14,942 bases of DNA from Myxococcota bacterium (GCA_039030515.1 JBCCEA010000062.1:1-14942); one strand, 5' to 3'. Positions 1-8,171 are shown, counted from the first letter of the stretch. Program-made: numbers and translations. Notes: a model not told the origin generated them from the letters alone.

Positions 1-18
1 ACGACCATCACCACACCA

Positions 19-514
19 CAGCGGGCCTAGGTTGGTCGAAACAGCTAGCGCCCCGGAAGCACAGGAGCGCAGCAGTAGTTTCGCTACTTCAAGCGACGAG
101 CATCGGAGGTAAGCAGCTGTTTGGGCCGACATAGGCCCGCTGGAGCGCGTCTCGATGGGTGTGAACGCTTAGCGCCCCGCACGCGCTGGAGCGCTGGAGT
201 ATTAATGATACTTCAAGCGACGAGCGTGGGGGGAAAGCGGCCGTTCAGGCCCAGCGACCACCTCTCCAGCGCGTCTAGGTTGGCCTAAATAGTGAGCGCC
301 CCGGAAGCGCAGGAGTGAAGGCGTACTTCGAGTACGTTGAGGGACGAGCATGGGAGGAAAGCGGCCGTTCAGGCCCAGCGACCACCTCCCCAGCGCGTCT
401 AGGTTGGCCTAAATAGCGAGCGCCCCGGAAGCGCAGGAGCGAAGGCGTACTTCGAGTACGTTGAGCGACGAGCATGGGAGGAAAGCAGCTGTTTTGGCCG
501 ACATAGGCCCCCTG
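19..514 (+). repeat. Tandem array of four 124-bp structured palindromic units (19-142, 143-266, 267-390, 391-514)
   Basis: AGCGCCCC recurs at 47, 171, 295 and 419, and G(T/A)AAGC at 109, 233, 357 and 481, giving an exact 124-bp period. Units 1, 2 and 4 have imperfect inverted terminal arms of up to 28 nt, and all four have a central hairpin. The array may extend left of the window. Confidence 0.95.
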
Positions 515-526
515 GAGCGCAGGGTA

Positions 527-1048
527 TCACTCCCAGCCTTTACTATCGTCCGCCCAAATATTGCTCTGCTGAGAAGTTGTCTCAAAAATGATATTGGTGG
601 AGTCTTGATCTAAATCGGCTTGAGCGCGCACGACGTACCAAAACGTGTTGATATTGAAATTGGGGATACCTGCGACGGCCCCGGGCAGCGCATCTCCGGG
701 TAGGCCAGCCCACGTGTTGTACTGAAACCGTACTGCTCCCTCGGGACTCGCCCCAAGGTCAAGCCAGCCGCCAGTCAACGAGGGTGCCACCGGTTCATTT
801 GGAACTGTCGCCGGCAACCACTGGTCGACATCGGCATACTGACCGAACTCTGCACGATAACTCTCCTGCCGGTTACGGATTTCACCCATAAAGCCAAAGG
901 CTTCTTGGGCTCTTGAGCGGTAGACGTAAGATTGAAAGGCGGGAACCGCTACCGCTGCCAACACACCTATGATCACGACGACGATCATCAACTCGATGAG
1001 AGTGAAGCCTTGCTCCGATTTGATTTTGGGCACCGTGGTCTCCGGCAT
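527..1048 (-). CDS. pilA: Type IVa major pilin
   Basis: Class III signal [23 protein letters not shown] with E5, directly downstream of a PilR-type regulator. The start is either ATG 1048 or GTG 1033, which has GGAG 6 nt upstream. The ORF-track start at 1093 is probably too long. Confidence 0.9.
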   Translation of the reverse strand: MPETTVPKIKSEQGFTLIELMIVVVIIGVLAAVAVPAFQSYVYRSRAQEAFGFMGEIRNRQESYRAEFGQYADVDQWLPATVPNEPVAPSLTGGWLDLGASPEGAVRFQYNTWAGLPGDALPGAVAGIPNFNINTFWYVVRAQADLDQDSTNIIFETTSQQSNIWADDSKGWE

Positions 1049-1066
1049 TTGTGATTTGATTACAAA
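1048..1066. promoter_or_regulatory. AT-rich imperfect palindrome TTTGTGAT-TTG-ATTACAAA upstream of the pilin gene, candidate operator
   Basis: Inverted arms matching at 7 of 8 bp in the short AT-rich pilR-pilA spacer. Function is inferred only. Confidence 0.35.
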
Positions 1067-1106
1067 TTTATCGAAATGATACCGCAAAATCATATAGTTT
1101 TCCTAC

Positions 1107-2492
1107 TCAGGCTTCTTCTTCATCATCAATTCCATATTTCGAAAGTCGGTAGCGGAGGGAGCGAAAGCTTGTTCCGAGGAGCTTGGCGGCCTTGGTGCGC
1201 ACGCCAAACGCTTGCACAAGGGACTGGAGCAGCAGATTTTTTTCTATGGTTGCAAGGTAGTCGTCTAAGACGAACCCCTCCTCCGGAATGAGTTCGATGG
1301 ATCTTCGGGTTCCGCTCGCTGCTTCGATACCAGGCAGGTCTTCGACATCGATCGTCTCTTTCCGAGCCAGGGTCACTGCGCGCTCTACGATATTTTCCAG
1401 TTCGCGAATATTTCCCGGGAACGCGAGCAAGCTTAGGTGCCGCATCACTTCGGGAGAGAGCGTCAGCTGCTTCCGCTGTATCGCGCCGTGTTTGCGAACG
1501 AAGAACGCTGCAAGCATGGGAATGTCCTCCCTTCGTTGCTCGAGAGGCGGCGCTTGAATGCGTATGACGTTGAGCCGGTAGAACAGATCCTCGCGGAATC
1601 GACCCTCGTCCACCTCTTGTTCGACGTTTCGGTTGGTTGCGGCCACCACGCGAACATCGACTTCGAGCTCATCTCGGCCGCCGATAGCGCGCACTCGACG
1701 TTCTTGAAGCACTCGGAGTAATTTTACCTGCAGTGAAAGCGGCAGTTCTCCAATCTCATCGAGGAACAGAGTGCCGCCGTGGGCAGCCTTAAATAAGCCA
1801 TCTTTCGCCTTCGCGGCTCCCGTAAACGCACCTTTTTCGTAGCCGAAAAGCTCGCTCTCCATAAGATTTTCCGGCAGCGCTCCGCAATTGATGACCACAA
1901 ACGGATGATCGCAACGATCGCTGCGTCCATGCAGCTCGCGGGCGATGAGTTCCTTGCCCGTTCCACTCGGACCCGTAATGAATACGCTCGTGGGTGCATT
2001 GCAGACGCGCTCGACCATGGAGCGCACTTTTTTTATGGCTTCGGACGTTCCGATCAATCGGCTTCCATCGCTGGCTCCCTCGACCTGAGCACGAAGCGCG
2101 CGATTTTCCTCTACGATGACGCGTTTCTCTAAAGCCTTCTCGAGCGTCGCGAGGAGGAGGTGGTTTCGAAAAGGTTTTTGTACGTAATCGTACGCTCCCT
2201 TACGCATGGCATCGACCGCCTGCTCCGTCGTGGCGTACGCGGTCATCATCACAACTTGAGTGCTCTTGTCCTTGGACTTCACCGCTTCAAGGATGTCCAT
2301 CCCAGAACCATCCGGCATGACCAGGTCGGTTACCACCGCATCAAATGCCGATGCTTGCGCGATCTGACTCAGGCATTCGGTCGCGCTCTGGCAGCATTGA
2401 ACGTCATAACCGGACCGAGACAACAGAACGCGGAGCATGTGTCGCAAGCCGGGTTCATCGTCACATACGAGAATTCTCGCAGTTTCAGGCAA
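1107..2492 (-). CDS. pilR: Sigma-54-dependent NtrC-family response regulator, PilR-like
   Basis: Receiver domain (ILVCDDE...[11 protein letters not shown]...QKPF), AAA+ Walker [15 protein letters not shown] loop, Walker B LFLDEIGE and a C-terminal Fis-type HTH. Adjacent to the pilin gene. Likely start is TTG 2492, overlapping the upstream stop codon. Confidence 0.88.
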   Translation of the reverse strand: MPETARILVCDDEPGLRHMLRVLLSRSGYDVQCCQSATECLSQIAQASAFDAVVTDLVMPDGSGMDILEAVKSKDKSTQVVMMTAYATTEQAVDAMRKGAYDYVQKPFRNHLLLATLEKALEKRVIVEENRALRAQVEGASDGSRLIGTSEAIKKVRSMVERVCNAPTSVFITGPSGTGKELIARELHGRSDRCDHPFVVINCGALPENLMESELFGYEKGAFTGAAKAKDGLFKAAHGGTLFLDEIGELPLSLQVKLLRVLQERRVRAIGGRDELEVDVRVVAATNRNVEQEVDEGRFREDLFYRLNVIRIQAPPLEQRREDIPMLAAFFVRKHGAIQRKQLTLSPEVMRHLSLLAFPGNIRELENIVERAVTLARKETIDVEDLPGIEAASGTRRSIELIPEEGFVLDDYLATIEKNLLLQSLVQAFGVRTKAAKLLGTSFRSLRYRLSKYGIDDEEEA

Positions 2493-2769
2493 AGCCAGGA
2501 CGACGTTCTTCCTTTGGCTTTGGTGGTCGAACCGCCAGTCCGTGGATCGCCTCGTAGAGCACGGAGAGAACCGCGCCGTCTTCACGGCGTACAAGCGAGA
2601 GAAAGCTGTCGTAAAGTGTGGCTTGAAGCACGTCCGAAATCACCATCGCTTGCCCTGGTTGGCCGAGGTAGAACGAGAGGCGATGTTTTTCGGCCACGTG
2701 TATTGCTTCTTTGGAAAGGGTAAGCCCCGGGGTAACTTCGAGCATCTTGAGCAGGGTTGCACGGTCCAT
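2485..2769 (-). CDS. Hypothetical protein (94 aa) ending RRPGFA
   Basis: MDRATLLKML... ORF with globular-looking composition. Its stop overlaps the pilR start (TTGCCTGA) and it fills the gap to the divergent gene. Confidence 0.7.
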   Translation of the reverse strand: MDRATLLKMLEVTPGLTLSKEAIHVAEKHRLSFYLGQPGQAMVISDVLQATLYDSFLSLVRREDGAVLSVLYEAIHGLAVRPPKPKEERRPGFA

Positions 2770-2875
2770 GCATCTGATGGTTCCGGGAACTGCGCATGGC
2801 GTCAAGCGCCGGTTGCTTTTTGAGCGCTTCTCGTCTCGTGAGCCCTCGACCCATTCGCTATGGTCGAAAGAAACT

Positions 2876-3661
2876 ATGGAACCATCCGAATCCGAATCGT
2901 TGGTGCGTCAGGAAATCCGAGACGGTATTGCCGTTTGGACCCTTGATCGACCTAATCGGCGCAATGCGCTCTCCCGAGGCACACTCGAGCGACTGATCGA
3001 ATTGCGCAGCAAACTTCCTATATCTGTGCGCGCTGTCGTGCTGACGGGTGCAGGTGATAAGGCCTTTTGTGCCGGAGCAGACCTTAAAGAACGAAAAGAA
3101 ATGAGCGAGGAAGAGGTTCGCAGTTTGCTCGACCTGTTTCGCTCGACCCTGCATGAGGTTGACCGAATGCCGATTCCTACGATCGCAGCGATCGATGGAG
3201 TAGCGCTCGGCGGAGGCTTTGAACTGGCGATGGCTTGCGACTTTCGAATCATTCGGCGCACGGCCTCCGTCGGCTTGCCGGAGGTTTCGCTCGCGATCAT
3301 CCCGGGCGCGGGCGGGACCGTGCGTCTAACTCGCCTGGTTGGAGAAGCGAGGGCCAAAGAGTTGATCTTGCTTTCGAAACGATTGACCGCGGAGGAAGCC
3401 TACGGGCTTGGCCTTGCGCATCGCATACACGACACTTCAGCGCTGGAGGGGGCGATGGATTTGGCTCAGGACCTAGCGCGCAAGGCACCGATTGCGGTTT
3501 CGGCGGCGCTTGAAGCGATCGACGGTGCCGTCTGTCGGCCTCAAGACGATGCTCTAGATCGCGAACGCCGATGCTACGAGCGTACGCTGTCGTCGCAAGA
3601 CCGGATCGAAGCGCTGTCCGCTTTTGTCGAAAAGCGTCCACCCAGGTTCTTAGGTGAGTAG
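2876..3661 (+). CDS. Enoyl-CoA hydratase/isomerase (crotonase family; possibly methylglutaconyl-CoA hydratase-like)
   Basis: Motifs LDRPNRRNAL, AFCAGADLKE, ALGGGFELAMACD and GLPEVSLAIIPGAGGT, with both catalytic Glu present. Likely start is ATG 2876. Confidence 0.93.
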   Translation: MEPSESESLVRQEIRDGIAVWTLDRPNRRNALSRGTLERLIELRSKLPISVRAVVLTGAGDKAFCAGADLKERKEMSEEEVRSLLDLFRSTLHEVDRMPIPTIAAIDGVALGGGFELAMACDFRIIRRTASVGLPEVSLAIIPGAGGTVRLTRLVGEARAKELILLSKRLTAEEAYGLGLAHRIHDTSALEGAMDLAQDLARKAPIAVSAALEAIDGAVCRPQDDALDRERRCYERTLSSQDRIEALSAFVEKRPPRFLGE

Positions 3662-3702
3662 AACGCTCATTTTACCGCACGCACAGTTTTATTGAGGAGT
3701 CT

Positions 3703-4662
3703 ATGAATCCCGCTGATGATGAGTCTCACGCTGCGCTCCGAGAAATGGTTCGGAAAATCGTACGAACCGATCAGACGCCTCCATCCACCGATGCTTCCGT
3801 GCCCTCGCCGGTGCTGTTTGAGCGCCTGAGAGAGGGCGGCCTTTGGGAAATCACGTTGCCTCAAGATTTCGGCGGCTCCGATCTCGATCCACTTGCGGCG
3901 GTCGTGTTGCTGGAAGAGCTGGCGATGCACTCCGGGGTTTTGGCGGGCGCGGTGGCGGTGCAAGAGATCGTGCTGTCGGCCCTTGCTCGCTCGAGTCAGG
4001 AAAACGTCAGCTTCGCGAAAGTGCTTCGAACGCCTTGTTCCGCGTGGGTCTATCGAGGCGCTGAAGGGCCGTGGCGAGGCTGGGGGCAAACGCAGGGAGG
4101 AGTCGTGGTAGCTCAAGAAGGAGGCAGCTTTCGGGTTGTCCACGATCACCCGCTCAACCGTCAGACCGCGATGGGCATGGATGGGTTGTCCGTTGTCGCT
4201 CACGAATTGCCGAAAACGAGCACGCTGGATCAGATGGCCTCGACCGAACTGCAATCCATCGCAGACCGGTCGATCGCTGCAGTTGCGCTAGGTATCGGTG
4301 GTGACGCCTTAAGGCGCGCCAGGATCTATGCCCGAGAGCGTCGTCAGTTCGGGAGGCCGATTTCCGAGTTTCAGGCGATTGCGGAGTACATCGCGAATGG
4401 TGAAGTAAAACTCGACGCAACCCGTTGCCTACTGCATCGGGCCGCCTGCTCAGGTAGCGCAGGCGATGCATCGAGTGCACGGCTGTACGCTGTGGAGTCA
4501 GCGGTATGGGTTGCCGACGCGGCGCTGCAAATACACGGCGGCTACGGATATACGCGCGAGTTCCAAGTCGAAGCGTGTTTGAGAAACGCGATCGCTTGTC
4601 GAGATGGCTTCGGCACTACCGATGCGGTTCGTCAACAGGTAGCCGCTCGATACACCGCTTGA
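3703..4662 (+). CDS. Acyl-CoA dehydrogenase family protein, shortened and divergent
   Basis: N-terminal LPQDFGGS...LLEELA, C-terminal RRQFGRPISEFQAI and ALQIHGGYGY. RBS GAGGAG. Only 319 aa, with a reduced middle domain. Confidence 0.85.
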   Translation: MNPADDESHAALREMVRKIVRTDQTPPSTDASVPSPVLFERLREGGLWEITLPQDFGGSDLDPLAAVVLLEELAMHSGVLAGAVAVQEIVLSALARSSQENVSFAKVLRTPCSAWVYRGAEGPWRGWGQTQGGVVVAQEGGSFRVVHDHPLNRQTAMGMDGLSVVAHELPKTSTLDQMASTELQSIADRSIAAVALGIGGDALRRARIYARERRQFGRPISEFQAIAEYIANGEVKLDATRCLLHRAACSGSAGDASSARLYAVESAVWVADAALQIHGGYGYTREFQVEACLRNAIACRDGFGTTDAVRQQVAARYTA

Positions 4663-4668
4663 GGTACG

Positions 4669-5112
4669 TCACGGCGTACAGCGATGCCGGGCTCCGTCGC
4701 CGACTTTCAGAATCTCTAATCGAATGGGCACTACGCCGGCGCGAATCATATCAAGCTCCTCGGCCGCGCGTCTCGACAAGTCGACGATTCTGCTTCGATC
4801 ACGACCGAACGGCCCCCGATCGTTGAAGCGAACGACGACCGTGGCCCCCGTATCTTTGCGCACTACCCGAGCCACCGTCCCAAAAGGCAGTTCTCGACTT
4901 GCAGCGGTTCGTTTTCGAGGATCGTAGTGTTCTCCGTTCGCGGTGCAGTTGCCCGCTAGAGAGTCATGGTAGTAACTGGCGCGCCCTTCGATAACCGAAC
5001 TCGGAACGGTCGCGCTCGAGCGGGCACCCGATGAGGAAGTAGTGCCACATCCCCAAAACAGTAGAAGTCCGACCGAGAACAAAAAGCGCGTTGAGCGCGA
5101 GGTTCGATGCAT
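4669..5112 (-). CDS. rlpA: RlpA-family (DPBB) septal ring lytic transglycosylase lipoprotein
   Basis: GRASYY...TANGE.YD...TAASRELPFGT...VVVRFNDRGPF...RIVDLS..AA motifs and a lipobox-like FWGC. Start is ATG 5112 or 5145. Confidence 0.9.
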   Translation of the reverse strand: MHRTSRSTRFLFSVGLLLFWGCGTTSSSGARSSATVPSSVIEGRASYYHDSLAGNCTANGEHYDPRKRTAASRELPFGTVARVVRKDTGATVVVRFNDRGPFGRDRSRIVDLSRRAAEELDMIRAGVVPIRLEILKVGDGARHRCTP

Positions 5113-5188
5113 TGCCGAGTATCTCCCAAAGAGCAGGTCACTCATCGTCGAGTGCGTTGTTGGATTTGCCTCTCCTCAGTTCAACCGC

Positions 5189-5220
5189 TTGACTTGCTCG
5201 CACGGCAACGCTACGCCGCC
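5189..5220 (+). promoter_or_regulatory. Possible sigma-70 promoter for the rpsP operon
   Basis: TTGACT (5189-5194), a 17-nt spacer, then TACGCC (weak -10) followed by a GC-rich discriminator-like stretch. Confidence 0.3.
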
Positions 5221-5260
5221 GACTTCACTCGGTCTTCTACCGCCCTGAGGATATGCTTCG

Positions 5261-5548
5261 ATGGTCAAGGTTCGTCTTTCCCGCGCAGGACGCAAGCGGC
5301 GTCCATTTTTTAATATCGTAGTCGCTGACTCCGAAAGTCCGCGAAACGGAAAAGTTATTGAGCGCATCGGTCTCTACGATCCAGCCAAGCCGGAAGCAGA
5401 AGCGACGGTAGCGCATGAGCGACTCGACTACTGGCTCGGTGTGGGCGCTCAAATGACGCAGCGAGTTAAACACATCGTCAACCGCCAAAAGAGAGCAGTG
5501 CGGGCAGCGTTGACGAACGCCCAGGCGACGAACCGAGCAGATAGCTAG
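5261..5548 (+). CDS. rpsP: 30S ribosomal protein S16
   Basis: MVKVRLSRAGRKRRPFFNIVVADSESPRNGKVIERIGLYDP...YWLGVGAQ, in canonical operon context. Confidence 0.98.
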   Translation: MVKVRLSRAGRKRRPFFNIVVADSESPRNGKVIERIGLYDPAKPEAEATVAHERLDYWLGVGAQMTQRVKHIVNRQKRAVRAALTNAQATNRADS

Positions 5549-5556
5549 GCGGCTAT

Positions 5557-5658
5557 TGCGCGAGACCAAAATGGTGCGCGAGACCAAAATGGTGCGCGAG
5601 ACCAAAATGGTGCGCGAGACCAAAATGGTACGCGAGACCAAAATGGTACGCGAGACCA
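5557..5658. repeat. 18-bp tandem repeat T(G/A)CGCGAGACCAAAATGG, about 5.7 copies
   Basis: Units start at 5557, 5575, 5593, 5611, 5629 and 5647 (partial). The last two carry a G>A change at position 2. Confidence 0.97.
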
Positions 5659-5803
5659 GAGTACCTCGGGATTTCGGTTTCACGAGACTCAGGACTTATC
5701 ACTTTCAACGGACTCGCACGGCCATAGGTTTAGGATTCGCTCTTTTAGGTCAAACCTAATCTGCTCGGGCATTCCCCTGAACTGAACAGTCGAACGACAT
5801 GGA

Positions 5804-6088
5804 ATGGCGCATGACATGGAAGATAATACAGACCCTATAGACGACTCAGTAGATCGGCTTCAGGAGCTCGTTGAATTCGTAGCAAAATCACTGGTGGACG
5901 ACCCTGATTCAGTGGAAGTGAGCACCGTGGACGGCGACCGGACCTTGGTGGTCGAACTCAGTGTGGAACCTGAAGATCTCGGGAAAGTCATCGGTCGAGA
6001 AGGGCGAACGGCACGCGCCATACGAACGCTTCTCGCAGCGAGTTCCGCAAGACAGAACCGAAGGGTCGTTCTCGAGATACTCGAATAA
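5804..6088 (+). CDS. khpA: KH-domain RNA-binding protein (KhpA/YlqC)
   Basis: [16 protein letters not shown]...[21 protein letters not shown] with a GxxG loop, located between rpsP and rimM. Confidence 0.95.
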   Translation: MAHDMEDNTDPIDDSVDRLQELVEFVAKSLVDDPDSVEVSTVDGDRTLVVELSVEPEDLGKVIGREGRTARAIRTLLAASSARQNRRVVLEILE

Positions 6089-6158
6089 GCAGTGTCTTGT
6101 ACGAAAAAGACAACGGCCCCAAGGCCGCAGCCAACTGCAGGTGAGCCAGGCCGAACCC

Positions 6159-6734
6159 ATGCGGTTTGACAAGCACGCTCCGCAATCCGTTGATGGTGAA
6201 GACCTGGTCGCACTCGCCGTTGTTGGTCGGCCTCATGGGATTGCAGGTGAGGTTCGCGTACATCGCTACAACGACTCATCTCATCTCATTGAGGAACTCA
6301 GCGAAGTACGTCTCAGATCTCCGAACGGGGAGGCGAGGACGGTTGCGATCCAGCTGTGTCGCCCGGGACCAAAGTTTCATCGATGTGCTTTTGAAGGCGT
6401 AAACGATCGCAACGAGGCAGAAGCGTTAAGAGGACTTGAGCTTTGCGTTCTGCGCGAAACGCTTCCTGAATTGGCAGACGACGAGTACTACTTTGTCGAT
6501 TTGGCTGGACTCGCCGTCGTGAACTCTGAAGGCAAAACGCTTGGGCGCGTAATACGCGCGCTCCAGTTTCCGTCGATCGATTGTCTAGAGGTGGACCTGG
6601 AACACGGCGTGGTTGAAGTACCGATGGTGGAGCCGTGGCTCGTGGACGTTCAGCTCGGGCGTCGCATGGTTTTAGTGGGAGATCTCTCCGATCTGCCAGT
6701 CTCTCAAAGCCCAAAAACTAGGGCGCACCCTTGA
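6159..6734 (+). CDS. rimM: Ribosome maturation factor RimM
   Basis: VGRPHGIAGEVRV, FEGVNDRNEAEALRG and LPELADDEYYFVDLAGLAV motifs. Start is ATG 6159 or GTG 6141. Confidence 0.95.
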   Translation: MRFDKHAPQSVDGEDLVALAVVGRPHGIAGEVRVHRYNDSSHLIEELSEVRLRSPNGEARTVAIQLCRPGPKFHRCAFEGVNDRNEAEALRGLELCVLRETLPELADDEYYFVDLAGLAVVNSEGKTLGRVIRALQFPSIDCLEVDLEHGVVEVPMVEPWLVDVQLGRRMVLVGDLSDLPVSQSPKTRAHP

Positions 6735-7480
6735 CGCACTACGTCGTGGTCAGCGTGCTGCCTCAGATTTTTGGCTCCTTCAATACCACCGGAATTATCC
6801 ACAGGGCGATCCAATCGGGTCTCATCAGCATCGAGACCATCAATCCACGCGACCATGCGAAAGGGCGTCATCGCACGGTGGACGACGCACCTTACGGAGG
6901 AGGCAATGGAATGTTGCTGAAGCCGGATCCACTGATCGCTGCGATGGAAGCAGCTCCTTCTTCGAGTCATCGTGTGCTTTTGACACCAGCGGGGATCCCG
7001 TTCGATCAGACCCAGGCCGCGCGTCTTGCGAACTTCGATACGCTCACCTTGATTTGTGGTCGCTACGAGGGGTTTGACGCGCGCGTTGAGGCCTATGTCG
7101 ATGAGGAGATCTCGATCGGTGATTTTGTGCTTTTGGGAGGTGAAGTTGCAGCGATGGCGCTTATAGAAGCCACCGCCCGACTGCAGCCGGGAGTACTTGG
7201 GAATCACAATTCAGTGAGGGATGAATCGCATTCGACTCCACGACTCGAACACCCTCAATACACAAGGCCACCCTGTTTCCGTGAACTCACCGTTCCCGAG
7301 GTGCTTTTGAGTGGGGATCATGAAACGGTCGCCCGATGGAGACATGCCCACTCACTGCATCGCACTGTGCGTCGTCGACCAGATTTGCTGAAGTCTTCGG
7401 AGCTATCGGATGAGCAGCGGCGGTTGCTTCGCGAGTTTTCACTGATTCCGGAGACGGATGCGGTCTTCGAGGATGGATAG
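6731..7480 (+). CDS. trmD: tRNA (guanine37-N1)-methyltransferase
   Basis: VDDAPYGGGNGM, LICGRYEGFDAR, SIGDFVLLGGE, LEHPQYTRP and VPEVLLSGDH motifs. The TTG start overlaps the rimM stop. Confidence 0.98.
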   Translation: MTHYVVVSVLPQIFGSFNTTGIIHRAIQSGLISIETINPRDHAKGRHRTVDDAPYGGGNGMLLKPDPLIAAMEAAPSSSHRVLLTPAGIPFDQTQAARLANFDTLTLICGRYEGFDARVEAYVDEEISIGDFVLLGGEVAAMALIEATARLQPGVLGNHNSVRDESHSTPRLEHPQYTRPPCFRELTVPEVLLSGDHETVARWRHAHSLHRTVRRRPDLLKSSELSDEQRRLLREFSLIPETDAVFEDG

Positions 7481-7491
7481 GGCTTAAGACG

Positions 7492-8049
7492 ATGCCGTCC
7501 ATTTACTGTGCTTTAGTTCATCACCCAGTGCTCGATCGACGTGGCGAGGAGGTCACGAGTGCAGTAACGAACGTCGACGTGCACGATATCGCTCGGAGCG
7601 CCCGAACCTATGGTCTTGACGGCTACTTTGTCGTGGCTCCGGTTGAGGCACAGCGGCGTGTTGTCCAGAGAATCCTCGATCATTGGAGTTCGGGTCCCGG
7701 GGCACAGCGTCTACCATCTCGCCGGGATGCGCTTGCACTGTGTCGACCCGTGGAGAGTCTTGCTCAGGTTGCTGAGTGCATCTGGAATCAACACGGCAGC
7801 AAACCGTATTTTTGGGCGACAACCGCTCGTTCAGAAGGAGTTCAATCTCCGATCGGAGTGGCTCGGAGGCGTATCGCTCATGCGAAACGACCTCAGTGCA
7901 TCCTATTCGGCACCGGACATGGTTTGGCCCCTTCGGTATTCGATCTCGTCGAGGGCGTATTACCTTCCATTCAGCCTGGGAAATACAACCACCTTTCCGT
8001 ACGCGCAGCCGCCGCGATTCTATTCGATCGTTTGTTCGCACAGGACTAA
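7492..8049 (+). CDS. SPOUT-class RNA methyltransferase (TrmD-associated, DUF2168-like)
   Basis: ALVHHPV...TSAVTNVDVHDIARSARTYG, LFGTGHGL and YNHLSVRAAAAILFDRL motifs. This family typically follows or is fused to trmD. Confidence 0.9.
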   Translation: MPSIYCALVHHPVLDRRGEEVTSAVTNVDVHDIARSARTYGLDGYFVVAPVEAQRRVVQRILDHWSSGPGAQRLPSRRDALALCRPVESLAQVAECIWNQHGSKPYFWATTARSEGVQSPIGVARRRIAHAKRPQCILFGTGHGLAPSVFDLVEGVLPSIQPGKYNHLSVRAAAAILFDRLFAQD

Positions 8050-8171
8050 CTCGACTCCATGAATGCGAAGTGTTGTTGCATTCGGTAGACGATAATTTTC
8101 AAGTGACTCGCTAAGTAACTCGTGTTAATGCATTGCGCTCACGCGGCGCGATTCGATAGGTTTTTTGGGAG

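Noticed and set aside
275..475. 66-aa ORF on the minus strand
   Set aside because: It lies wholly within the repeat array and has no protein-like features.
19..514. CRISPR array or integron attC array
   Set aside because: There are no unique spacers or cassettes between the 124-bp units, no cas or intI gene, and no clear RYYYAAC...GTTRRRY ends.
2493..2594. N-terminal extension of PilR in the ORF track
   Set aside because: It overlaps the upstream 94-aa gene, and the receiver domain starts right after TTG 2492. The extensions on the hydratase (2711), RimM (5961) and Ubl (10354) ORFs were rejected for similar reasons.
5557..5658. Mini-CRISPR or cloning scar (GAGACC is a BsaI site in each unit)
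   Set aside because: The repeats are head-to-tail with no spacers, and the context is native with no vector sequence.
5556..5759. RETKMV-repeat ORF, and the antisense ILVSRT-repeat ORF 5237..5683
   Set aside because: An 18-bp stop-free repeat gives open frames automatically. The start is TTG with no RBS, and the antisense ORF overlaps rpsP. Translation is not strictly excluded.
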